Shown piece by piece: positions 10,558 through 18,656 of a stretch of 64,000 nucleotides of DNA. The translations under genes and the position numbers were made by a program. Origin of the DNA: an uncultured Gammaproteobacteria bacterium (GTDB lineage: Bacteria; Patescibacteriota; Microgenomatia; UBA1406); contig CAYPVH010000004.1 of assembly GCA_964414145.1 (NCBI GenBank), positions 10,849 to 74,848 on the forward strand. Direction: 5' to 3'. The stretch's first letter is position 1; each line of letters begins with the position of its first letter. The notes under the pieces were generated by a model. The model was given only the letters and a program-made list of their open reading frames with translations. It was not told where the DNA came from and did no database searches.

Positions 10558-11625
10558 TTGTATATCGTGTTTATGATTAATAATCAAAAAATAAATATTT
10601 CGATTGTTGGACCTTATAGATATCATAATTTTGGTGACGATTTAATGGGGGCTGTCATGGTTAAAAAACTAATTAAAGATGGTTATAAACCTATAATACC
10701 AAAATTAAGTATAGAAAACTGTAATTGGCTAGGTATACCTTTTTTTGGCTCAACAAAGAAAGCTATATTAGAATCTAGAGGTGTTATTATTGGTGGTGGT
10801 GGAATTTTAGGAGATTCTGGAGTAAAACCTGATAATTACTATTTAAAGCTAGCATTAAAAGCTGTTATTCTTTGTTTATTTACAAGAAAAAATTACATAA
10901 TAACTGGCGTAGGAGCTGGTCCACTAGCAATGAAAACGTCTAAAATATTAACAATAATTAATTCATTGTTTACTGATTTTATAGGTGTAAGAGATGTAGA
11001 ATCAAGGACTTTTTTGGTAAAACTAGGTGTAAATAGAAATATAATAGTACATGGTGCCGATATAGCACTACTTTGGAATGATATTTTAGGGATTGATAAT
11101 AAGGTTAAGAAAAATAAAATTGGTATCCAATATGACATAGGTAGCTACGTTAACCATATTAATAATAACAAAAGTATTTTAGTTAACAATAAATTAAAGA
11201 ATTATCTACATAAAAATAAAGGAAAGATAACGGTAGTTACTAATGGACCTTATCAATCTGAGCTAACGAGAGAGTTAAAAAATATAAATGAAATAAACTA
11301 CGATTATTTGCCTGAATTCTTAAAAAAGTTAAAAGGTTTGAAGGTTATTCTAACTTCTCATCTGCATTTAGCCATTGCGGCATATGCCGCACGAATACCT
11401 TGTTTTTCAATATATGTAAGGGAAAAAACTAAAAGATTCTATAAACAGATTGGACATCCTGAGAGAGCAATAAAACTAGAAGATGCAACAGAAAAAAATA
11501 TTAGTAATATACTTTCACAGTTGGAAAAGACTAGCTGGACAGATTATGACGAGAGTACATTAATTAAACTAAAAAATCAGGCAAAAAAATTAATAGATTT
11601 TAAAAATTTATTAAATAAAAGATAA
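10558..11625 (+). CDS. polysaccharide pyruvyl transferase family protein
   Basis: ISIVGPYRYHNFGDDLMG at the N-terminus. Near the C-terminus, TSHLHLAIAAYAARIPCFSIYVREKTKRF resembles the RxH..I..G.P motif of CsaB/WcaK-type enzymes. The listed start is TTG, and the ATG at 10573 is an alternative. Confidence 0.6.
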   Translation: MYIVFMINNQKINISIVGPYRYHNFGDDLMGAVMVKKLIKDGYKPIIPKLSIENCNWLGIPFFGSTKKAILESRGVIIGGGGILGDSGVKPDNYYLKLALKAVILCLFTRKNYIITGVGAGPLAMKTSKILTIINSLFTDFIGVRDVESRTFLVKLGVNRNIIVHGADIALLWNDILGIDNKVKKNKIGIQYDIGSYVNHINNNKSILVNNKLKNYLHKNKGKITVVTNGPYQSELTRELKNINEINYDYLPEFLKKLKGLKVILTSHLHLAIAAYAARIPCFSIYVREKTKRFYKQIGHPERAIKLEDATEKNISNILSQLEKTSWTDYDESTLIKLKNQAKKLIDFKNLLNKR

Positions 11626-12896
11626 ATTTGATCCAAGATTTTACTTAAAGATGTCAGTAATTTTATATCTGAATATTTTCTTGACATATAAAATTCTATA
11701 TAATTTCTGTCCTTAAAATAAAATGTATCATCATCATCAATCTCATCCAGATTATTGATAATTACTTTTAAGTTTCCAAAGATATATGCTTTTTGAACAA
11801 GGTAATGTTTAATCTTTTTTTTATTGTTAACATTAATAATTTTTGGTTTATCTTGCATTACTTTAATCTCTCTTTTTGTATTCTGATAAAGTTCACTATA
11901 TATAAAAAGGGACTTGTTATATTTCATTTTGGTTAAGTCATTTTTAATTACGTTTATTATTATTTCTTTTAAATTTGTTATCGAAATACGATGATTATAG
12001 TTATGAAGTAAAATATTTGAAATAACTGGTATACGAAGAAGTTCTTCATTAAGTTCGCCACTATGACAAAAATTAGTTGTTGTAATTAGGCTGTCATTAC
12101 CTTCACCATGGTCACTTGTAACGATAAACCAAGAATTATTAAATGTTATATTATAATCACTAAATGTTTTGATTATTTGTGGTAAACGTAGAGAGTCAAA
12201 TTTTTCAATACCTTTTAAATAAAAATCAAGAAATAGATTTTTATGACCGTATTTTTTGGAGTTCGGGTGATTATAAATTTCATTAAAGCTTTCAAATGGA
12301 TATTTATTTTGATCGTAATTTGATTTGATATTTAGCTTGCTTCGTAAATTATCAATAGCTTTTAAGTAATCTTCATTTAAATTATGATCAAAAGATTTAT
12401 CCATAATATATAAGTATGGTTTATGAACATCAAATACATGTATAAAAATGAACCTTCTATTTTTATTTCTTTTTGAAGATAGTAAACCCCATAGGTTGTT
12501 CATATTTTCAAATGACTTATGTTTAAAACCCCGCCATATTTTCATCTCAGAAAACAATATCTTAGTGTCTGTGTACAGATATGTTTCAAAATTAAGATTG
12601 TTAAACTCTTCTGTTAATGTTGAGATATTTGGATTAAGTTTTTGTTTAAAATCAAAAAATGATCTAATTCCATGTAATTGTGGATACACTCCGGTAAATA
12701 AACTAGCATGTGCAGACGTAGTATACGTATTAGTAGAATATGCATTTATAAAACTAGTACCTGTTTGGGCAATTCTATCTAAATTTGGGGTATTAACTGA
12801 TTTGTAGCGATCTTTGCCATAGATTATATCACGATTATAATTTATACAGTCTGCTCTAAGGGAATCTATACTTATAATAACTACATTATTAAACAT
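11577..12896 (-). CDS. sulfatase-like / alkaline-phosphatase-superfamily enzyme (no TM domain)
   Basis: VVIISIDSLRADC metal/nucleophile region, HASLFTG, and VTSDHGEG. Its 3' end overlaps the convergent pyruvyl transferase gene by 49 nt. Confidence 0.6.
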   Translation of the reverse strand: MFNNVVIISIDSLRADCINYNRDIIYGKDRYKSVNTPNLDRIAQTGTSFINAYSTNTYTTSAHASLFTGVYPQLHGIRSFFDFKQKLNPNISTLTEEFNNLNFETYLYTDTKILFSEMKIWRGFKHKSFENMNNLWGLLSSKRNKNRRFIFIHVFDVHKPYLYIMDKSFDHNLNEDYLKAIDNLRSKLNIKSNYDQNKYPFESFNEIYNHPNSKKYGHKNLFLDFYLKGIEKFDSLRLPQIIKTFSDYNITFNNSWFIVTSDHGEGNDSLITTTNFCHSGELNEELLRIPVISNILLHNYNHRISITNLKEIIINVIKNDLTKMKYNKSLFIYSELYQNTKREIKVMQDKPKIINVNNKKKIKHYLVQKAYIFGNLKVIINNLDEIDDDDTFYFKDRNYIEFYMSRKYSDIKLLTSLSKILDQIYLLFNKFLKSINFFA

Positions 12897-13677
12897 ATTT
12901 CTTTATCAATCCGTTTAAATTACAAAATCGTTCCTTGATAAATTTTTTATTAAAATGAAAGTAGGCACTGTGCTTAAATGATATTAATATCCAGTTTTTA
13001 AAGTCGTGCCACTCTTTAAATCCCTTTTTTAGTTTAGAACTGGTTGTTAAATGGTTGTGAATTACACCAATATTTGGGGCAATACCAAATTTGTAGCCCT
13101 GCTCTTTTAGAGTTAGAAAAAGGTCTACATCTTCTAGATACGCAAAGAAACGCTTATCGAAACCACCAATATTAATAAATGTATCACGGCGAATAAGCAA
13201 ACACGCGGCAGTTAAGCCGTCGATATTAATATCGTTTTGAGGAGATAGGACTAGTTCTACTTTGCCAAAAGGTAATACTTTATAACCGTAATTCTCTACC
13301 CTACCCTGTTTATTTTGTAAAACAGGTGAAACTGCAGTAAGTTTGTTTATTTTTGTAAATTTGATTAATTCAGAAATGAGCTGCGAAAAAGATTGTTTAA
13401 GTTTTAATTCGATGTCGTCGTTTAGTATTAAAAGCCATTCAGTTTTGGCCGTTTTTGCACCAATGTTTACAGCAGCGGCAAAGCCAATGTTTTTGGTTTG
13501 GGGTAAATAAGTTATACCCGGTATATTTGAAAGACCATGTTTTTTGCTGTTTGGTTGGTTATCTATTATTATTGTGTTGACCTTTTCCTTAGATAGTAAA
13601 TTAACCAAGTAAAAAAGACCGGAGTTATTAAGCATTGTGGGAATAATGACGGTGACTTTTGAAACCAATGCAGTCAT
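12889..13677 (-). CDS. family 2 glycosyltransferase
   Basis: VTVIIPTMLN, IIIDNQPNS, LILNDDIE, and YLEDVDLF (ED motif). Confidence 0.75.
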   Translation of the reverse strand: MTALVSKVTVIIPTMLNNSGLFYLVNLLSKEKVNTIIIDNQPNSKKHGLSNIPGITYLPQTKNIGFAAAVNIGAKTAKTEWLLILNDDIELKLKQSFSQLISELIKFTKINKLTAVSPVLQNKQGRVENYGYKVLPFGKVELVLSPQNDINIDGLTAACLLIRRDTFINIGGFDKRFFAYLEDVDLFLTLKEQGYKFGIAPNIGVIHNHLTTSSKLKKGFKEWHDFKNWILISFKHSAYFHFNKKFIKERFCNLNGLIKKYV

Positions 13678-13779
13678 ATTTAATTAAATAATAAATAATT
13701 ATTGATATTTAGAATCAACACATAATATACAATCAAATTTTTGTTGACATCTCTATTATTAATATATATAATACTTATA

Positions 13780-14412
13780 TCACGCCCGAGATGCTTGCAT
13801 CTCGGGGTTTTTAATTACATTAACTAACTGCTCTTTATTTGTTAATAGTATTTTCTTAATTTTCTGTTGTTGAGTAATTGATATTGTTTGGAACAGGCTT
13901 TTATTGAAGAAAAATACTATTGTTTGATAATGATAAATAAAACGTCTGGGAATGCGGTTTTGTAATGCAAGAACACTGATTTTAACTTTATTTAACTCAG
14001 CAATTTTGAGCGCGTGCATAAAATCTGCATCTCCGGATATTAAATATATATTACTGTAATATTTGAGATGAGAATGATGGACGATATCAACTGCTAATTT
14101 TACATCTACTTCTTTTTCTTTTCCGCTTGTTTTAGAACGATAGCCCTTAAAAAAAATTACATTTTTTGTACTTCTTACAGATCGATAAAATAAATTTTCA
14201 TTTATTAGATAGTTTTTTTCCTTCCTTGTTGGCTTATTTGGTTTTGGAGAATATGAAGCATAAAAATAAATTTTGTCAAACTTTGTTCTAATGTGCTTCT
14301 GAATTTCTGTTATTAAATTATTAAAGTTTAAATATTGTTTGGGTCCAAATAAATCATACTGTCCTGAATATAGATTTGATCCGTCTATATAAATTGCAGT
14401 TTTTTTCTTCAC
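13780..14412 (-). CDS. NYN/LabA-like domain protein (predicted RNase fold)
   Basis: AIYIDGSNLY, EKEVDVKLAVDIV and YLISGDADFMHALK match the NYN/LabA acidic-residue pattern. GTG start. Confidence 0.7.
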   Translation of the reverse strand: MKKKTAIYIDGSNLYSGQYDLFGPKQYLNFNNLITEIQKHIRTKFDKIYFYASYSPKPNKPTRKEKNYLINENLFYRSVRSTKNVIFFKGYRSKTSGKEKEVDVKLAVDIVHHSHLKYYSNIYLISGDADFMHALKIAELNKVKISVLALQNRIPRRFIYHYQTIVFFFNKSLFQTISITQQQKIKKILLTNKEQLVNVIKNPEMQASRA

Positions 14413-14418
14413 AATATT

Positions 14419-14443
14419 ATTCTATCAAAACATTTGCTAGAAT
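14419..14443. promoter_or_regulatory. symmetric divergent -10 pair (ATTCTA-N13-TAGAAT), each 6 nt from a start codon
   Basis: Plus-strand TAGAAT at 14438-14443 is 6 nt before the ATG at 14450. Minus-strand TAGAAT at 14424..14419 is 6 nt before the GTG at 14412. Confidence 0.4.
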
Positions 14444-14449
14444 TATTGG

Positions 14450-15178
14450 ATGACCGCTGTAATTAGGGCAAAAAACTTGCATAAATACTTTTATTTAAAC
14501 TACCAGCAAACATTAAAAGAGCTGGTACAAGCTATTTTTGTAGGCCAAAAAACAAGGGAAAAGGTACACGCCTTAAACAACATAAATTTTGAAATAAAAA
14601 AGGGCGAAACAGTAGGGATAATTGGTAAAAATGGTGCAGGAAAAAGCACCCTTTTAAAGCTGATTGCCGGCGTTTCGTTCCCGACCACCGGGAGTTTAGA
14701 AGTAAAGGGCAAAATAGCGCCTTTAATTGAGCTTGGTGCCGGGTTCCACCCCGAATTAACCGGAAAGGAAAATATATTTTTAAATGGAGTAATTTTAGGC
14801 ATGGATGAGAAGTATTTGGTAGATAAGTTTGAAGAAATTGTAGCTTTCTCAGAACTAGATATGAAGTTTATCTATACCCCAATAAAGTACTACTCCTCAG
14901 GTATGTACATGCGCCTTGCCTTTTCGGTGGCAATATTTACTAACCCAGAAATTTTATTGGTGGACGAGATTCTAGCCGTTGGCGACACAGCTTTCCAAAA
15001 AAAGTGTATGGATAAGATGAACCAATTTAAAAAGGAAGGCGTTACCATAGTTTATGTTTCGCATAGCATGGGTCAGGTACAGTCATTTTGCGACAGAGTG
15101 ATTTATCTAAGAAACGGTGAAATTGAAGCCGACGGACTTTCAAAAGATGTTGTTAGTCAATATATAAATAATAATTAA
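14450..15178 (+). CDS. polysaccharide/teichoic-acid-type ABC exporter ATPase (Wzt/TagH-like, no C-terminal glycan-binding domain)
   Basis: Walker A GKNGAGKST, signature YSSGMYMRLAF, and Walker B ILLVDE. Confidence 0.9.
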   Translation: MTAVIRAKNLHKYFYLNYQQTLKELVQAIFVGQKTREKVHALNNINFEIKKGETVGIIGKNGAGKSTLLKLIAGVSFPTTGSLEVKGKIAPLIELGAGFHPELTGKENIFLNGVILGMDEKYLVDKFEEIVAFSELDMKFIYTPIKYYSSGMYMRLAFSVAIFTNPEILLVDEILAVGDTAFQKKCMDKMNQFKKEGVTIVYVSHSMGQVQSFCDRVIYLRNGEIEADGLSKDVVSQYINNN

Positions 15179-15179
15179 T

Positions 15180-15941
15180 ATGATCAAATATTGGCCGCTA
15201 ATAAAAAAACTAACATTAAGAGAAATAAAAGCTCGCTACAAGCAAAGCTTTTTGGGCTTGTTTTGGGTAATACTTAACCCCTTTTTCTTAATGCTTATAA
15301 TGAGTTTTGTTTTTAGTACCATTATGCGGTTTGGCGACCTGGGTGTTCCCTACCCTGTATTTTTATATGCGGGTTTACTGCCCTGGACATTTTTTAGCGT
15401 TTCATTAAGCAGTTCTATGGATGTATTTTTTGGCAATTCTTCACTGTTAAAAAAAGTTTATTTCCCAAGGCAAATTTTGGTTTTATCTAACCTTTTGGCA
15501 AAGGCCTTTGATTTTTTTCTTTCGTCACTTATATTTTTTGGCTTAATGTTATTTTTTAAAGTGCCGTTTAGCTGGTTTATATTGTTTTTTATTCCAATTT
15601 ATATACTCCATTTTATATTTACCTACGCCATTGCATTGATATTGGCTTCACTTAACTTGTTTTACAGGGATATACAATACTTGTTTAACTTAATATTAAA
15701 TTTGTGGTTTTACCTAACCCCTATTATTTATTCAACCGAATATTTTCCCGAAAAATACAGGTGGATATTTAAGATTAACCCGATGTCTGTGTTTATTAAT
15801 GCATACAGACAGGTATTATTGGGGGGCGATTGGCCAAGCTGGTCTAGTTTAGCGGTGGCTGGGGCAATTACCGGAATACTATTGGTTTTAGCTAATTTAA
15901 TTTTCAATAAACTACAGAAAAGCTTTGCCGATGTTGTTTAA
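15180..15941 (+). CDS. ABC-2 type exporter permease (Wzm/TagG-like)
   Basis: Six hydrophobic spans, an N-terminal REIKARYKQSFLGLFW motif typical of ABC-2 permeases, and a position directly adjacent to the ATPase gene. Confidence 0.8.
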   Translation: MIKYWPLIKKLTLREIKARYKQSFLGLFWVILNPFFLMLIMSFVFSTIMRFGDLGVPYPVFLYAGLLPWTFFSVSLSSSMDVFFGNSSLLKKVYFPRQILVLSNLLAKAFDFFLSSLIFFGLMLFFKVPFSWFILFFIPIYILHFIFTYAIALILASLNLFYRDIQYLFNLILNLWFYLTPIIYSTEYFPEKYRWIFKINPMSVFINAYRQVLLGGDWPSWSSLAVAGAITGILLVLANLIFNKLQKSFADVV

Positions 15942-15966
15942 GGTTATGGCTGCTTTTTTACAACAC

Positions 15967-15994
15967 TTGACTATTTTATAACAAGATATATACT
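15967..15994 (+). promoter_or_regulatory. sigma70-like promoter for metK (TTGACT-16 nt-TATACT)
   Basis: TTGACT at 15967-15972 and TATACT at 15989-15994. It lies ~150 nt upstream of the metK ATG. Confidence 0.45.
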
Positions 15995-15999
15995 TTACT

Positions 16000-16145
16000 T
16001 TTACCAGTATCCAGAGTGCCGGTTTGTTGTTAAATCAACACAGTTACTAAGCTGAACCGTCAGACAACCGAGGTTTACCGCGGTGTCAAGTTAGTTCCCG
16101 ACGAATGTTGGGAAGATACGCCTTTATAAATTAAAAAGGAAAAAT
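16000..16145 (+). promoter_or_regulatory. long, comparatively GC-rich structured 5' leader of metK (candidate cis-regulatory RNA, class not recognised)
   Basis: Local stems: TGTTG/CAACA (16025-16042), CTGA/TCAG, and TTCCC/GGGAA (16095-16114). CCTTT (16121-16125) can pair with the AAAGG of the SD (16135-16139). Confidence 0.3.
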
Positions 16146-17255
16146 ATGAAAAGCTTTTATTTGACTTCTGAATCTGTTTGTTCCGGCCACCCCGATAAAA
16201 TTTGCGACCAAATAAGTGACGCTATTGTTGACGAGGCAATTAAACATGACAAATATTCACGCGTAGCAGTTGACACAATGGTTACCGAGGATTTTGTAGC
16301 CATTGCCGGTGAGATTACAACAAATTCTAAAATAGATTATGAAAAAATAGCCAGGCAAACAATAAGAGAACTTGGATTTACCAGCAAATGTTTAAACTTT
16401 ACAGATAAGTCCCCTATTTTAGTAAAGGTACATACCCAGTCTAATGAAATTGCGGAAGGCGTAAACAATAATGGTGCCGGAGACCAGGGGATGATGTATG
16501 GGTATGCTTGCAGTGAAACTGAAGAGATGATGCCATTGCCAATAATGTTGGCTAATAATTTAGTAAGGGCAATCGATAAAGCGCGAGTGAGCGGGAAAAT
16601 TAAACACCTAAGGCCAGATGGAAAAGCGCAAGTGACTGTTAGGTATGAACAGGGCAAACCAAAAGAAGTAACCCAGGTAGTAATGGCTGTTCCCCATGAC
16701 CCTTGTTTAAGTAGAGCCGAGTTAAAAGATCAGTTATATAAAAAGATTGTTGTGCCAGTACTAGCAAGGCGTAACCTTAAAATAAAAAAAACTGATTTTA
16801 TATTAAACGGAACCGGCATATGGCATTTATCAGGCCCGTCTGCAGACACCGGTTTAACAGGCCGGAAAATAATAGTTGATACCTATGGTGGTGTTGCCAG
16901 AGCGGGTGGCGGTGCTTTTTCGGGCAAAGACCCTACAAAAGTTGATAGGTCTGGGGCGTACGCTGCCCGATATTTTGCTAAAAACATTGTTGCCAATAAA
17001 TTTGCCGATAGGTGTGAAGTACGCTTAGCTTATTATATAGGTGCCAAAAAACCGGTAATGATTGACGTTGAAACATTTGACACCAGAAAAAAAAGTAAGG
17101 ACTATATTTTAGCTTTTATAAGTGAGCTAATGAATCCGTCTGTTGCAGAGATAATTGAAAGATTGAATTTAAGGCAACCAATATACAAGAATACCGCTTG
17201 TTATGGACACTTTGGCAGGGATGAATTTCCTTGGGAAAGGGTTGAAACGGTTTAA
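16146..17255 (+). CDS. metK: S-adenosylmethionine synthetase
   Basis: GHPDKICDQISDA, GAGDQGMMYGYA, DTYGG, and GAFSGKDPTKVDRS. Confidence 0.95.
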   Translation: MKSFYLTSESVCSGHPDKICDQISDAIVDEAIKHDKYSRVAVDTMVTEDFVAIAGEITTNSKIDYEKIARQTIRELGFTSKCLNFTDKSPILVKVHTQSNEIAEGVNNNGAGDQGMMYGYACSETEEMMPLPIMLANNLVRAIDKARVSGKIKHLRPDGKAQVTVRYEQGKPKEVTQVVMAVPHDPCLSRAELKDQLYKKIVVPVLARRNLKIKKTDFILNGTGIWHLSGPSADTGLTGRKIIVDTYGGVARAGGGAFSGKDPTKVDRSGAYAARYFAKNIVANKFADRCEVRLAYYIGAKKPVMIDVETFDTRKKSKDYILAFISELMNPSVAEIIERLNLRQPIYKNTACYGHFGRDEFPWERVETV

Positions 17256-17908
17256 ATCTGCTCTTGTAGCCGTTTTAGGTTTTGAATAATAACCACTCGC
17301 CGCTTTTGAGTATGGCCCAAGATTCCCATATTTTGCAGCTTTTTAAGATCGAAGCTAACCGTTTCGCGAATCATACCGGTAAAGCTGGCAATGTCTTCGT
17401 GAGTTAAGGGCACGTCTAGTACAACTGAGCCGTCTTTTTGTTCTTTACCAAACCGACTAGCCATTAAGTTAATGAAAGAGGCAATTTTTTGCCTGGCCGA
17501 GTCGTACATTAGGCTTTCCATAACCAAAAGCAAGTTGTCTACGCCCTTGGCAAAATCGGCGTTGAGAGAATCTAATACATTGGGGTTATTTTTAATAAAT
17601 TCTACTACCTTTGCCTTTTCTTCTTTTTGAACCGTTAATGGGCTTTGAGCGGTGTAAAAAAACCTGTTTTTAACACTGTGCATGGTGAAAACCAGAGGTA
17701 AAATGCTACCGGGCCCATAAAGGCTAACAGACCTTTCGCGGCCTTCGGAATTAACACTATACTGGCGAACATAACCGCTTTTAACATAATAAATGTTAGT
17801 TACAGTTTTATTAGCTTCGATTAAGTTTTCGCCCCTTTTTAACTTGATTTGTGGCTTATTTTCAAAAAGTGATTCTATAGTTTGGTTAGATTGATTGTTA
17901 TTATTCAT
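17252..17908 (-). CDS. Crp/Fnr family transcriptional regulator
   Basis: A cNMP-binding-like beta-roll N-terminal half plus a C-terminal HTH (THEDIASFTGMIRETVSFDLKKLQNMGIL). Its 3' end overlaps metK by 4 nt. Confidence 0.7.
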   Translation of the reverse strand: MNNNNQSNQTIESLFENKPQIKLKRGENLIEANKTVTNIYYVKSGYVRQYSVNSEGRERSVSLYGPGSILPLVFTMHSVKNRFFYTAQSPLTVQKEEKAKVVEFIKNNPNVLDSLNADFAKGVDNLLLVMESLMYDSARQKIASFINLMASRFGKEQKDGSVVLDVPLTHEDIASFTGMIRETVSFDLKKLQNMGILGHTQKRRVVIIQNLKRLQEQI

Positions 17909-17989
17909 AGACTAAACATAGTAACATAAATGGCATACAGTTGTCCAGATAGAATTGTTAGACTGGTCACATTATTTAATAAAATTAAG

Positions 17990-18656
17990 AAAACCTAGTA
18001 GGAATCTAGGAATTTGGGATATAGGAATTTAGGAATATAAGAATAAATTCCAATAACCAAATACCAATTTCCAAACAAATCACAAAATACAAAATACAAA
18101 CAATAACAGGAATATATGAATATAAGAATTTAAGAATATAAATAAAAGCACGAAATCCAAATATCGAAATCCGAAATAATATCAAATAATCAATATCAAA
18201 TTATAAAACAGAACTCATAATTCATAATTCATAATCCGTAATACGTAATAGATAAATAGACTATGTGTCATGTTGAATCGTCGATTGAGGCGATGAAACA
18301 TCCCATGGGATTCTTCGTTACTCTCAGAATGACATGTGGAAAAAAAATAGAAAAATTGCTCTATTGTTTCATTGCTTCATTGTTCCCGCCTCTAACGGCG
18401 GGTGAATAGAGTGTCATCTTGAGCGAATGCAAAAGTTCCCATAGGATTCTTCACTTGCGTTCAGGATGACGGATAAAATAACCAATGACCAATTACCAAT
18501 TGACCAGATAATTACCAATTTTCAATAATCAAGGTAACAAGTACGAATTGAATGCTTAAATTTTTGTTTTGTTTGTTGTTTGAAATTTGTTTGACCTCCG
18601 ATTCGGAGGGTTTGGAAATTGTTTTTTTGGATCTTGGGATTTTATTTACCATCTTA
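17990..18656. repeat. noncoding modular low-complexity repeat tract A (family 1)
   Basis: Contains modules shared with 20800-21440, 25310-25390, 37020-37331 and lepA 21671-21740. For example, a 43-nt identical block at 18166-18208 equals 21049-21091. Also holds two imperfect palindromic elements (18260-18350, 18411-18471). Confidence 0.85.

Noticed and set aside
16000-16145. Classical SAM-I (S-box) riboswitch upstream of metK
   Set aside because: I could not find the conserved S-box core elements (the AGAG.GG..GAGGGA and GGTGC..AA..CC blocks) or a terminator with a T-run. I kept it only as an unclassified candidate leader.
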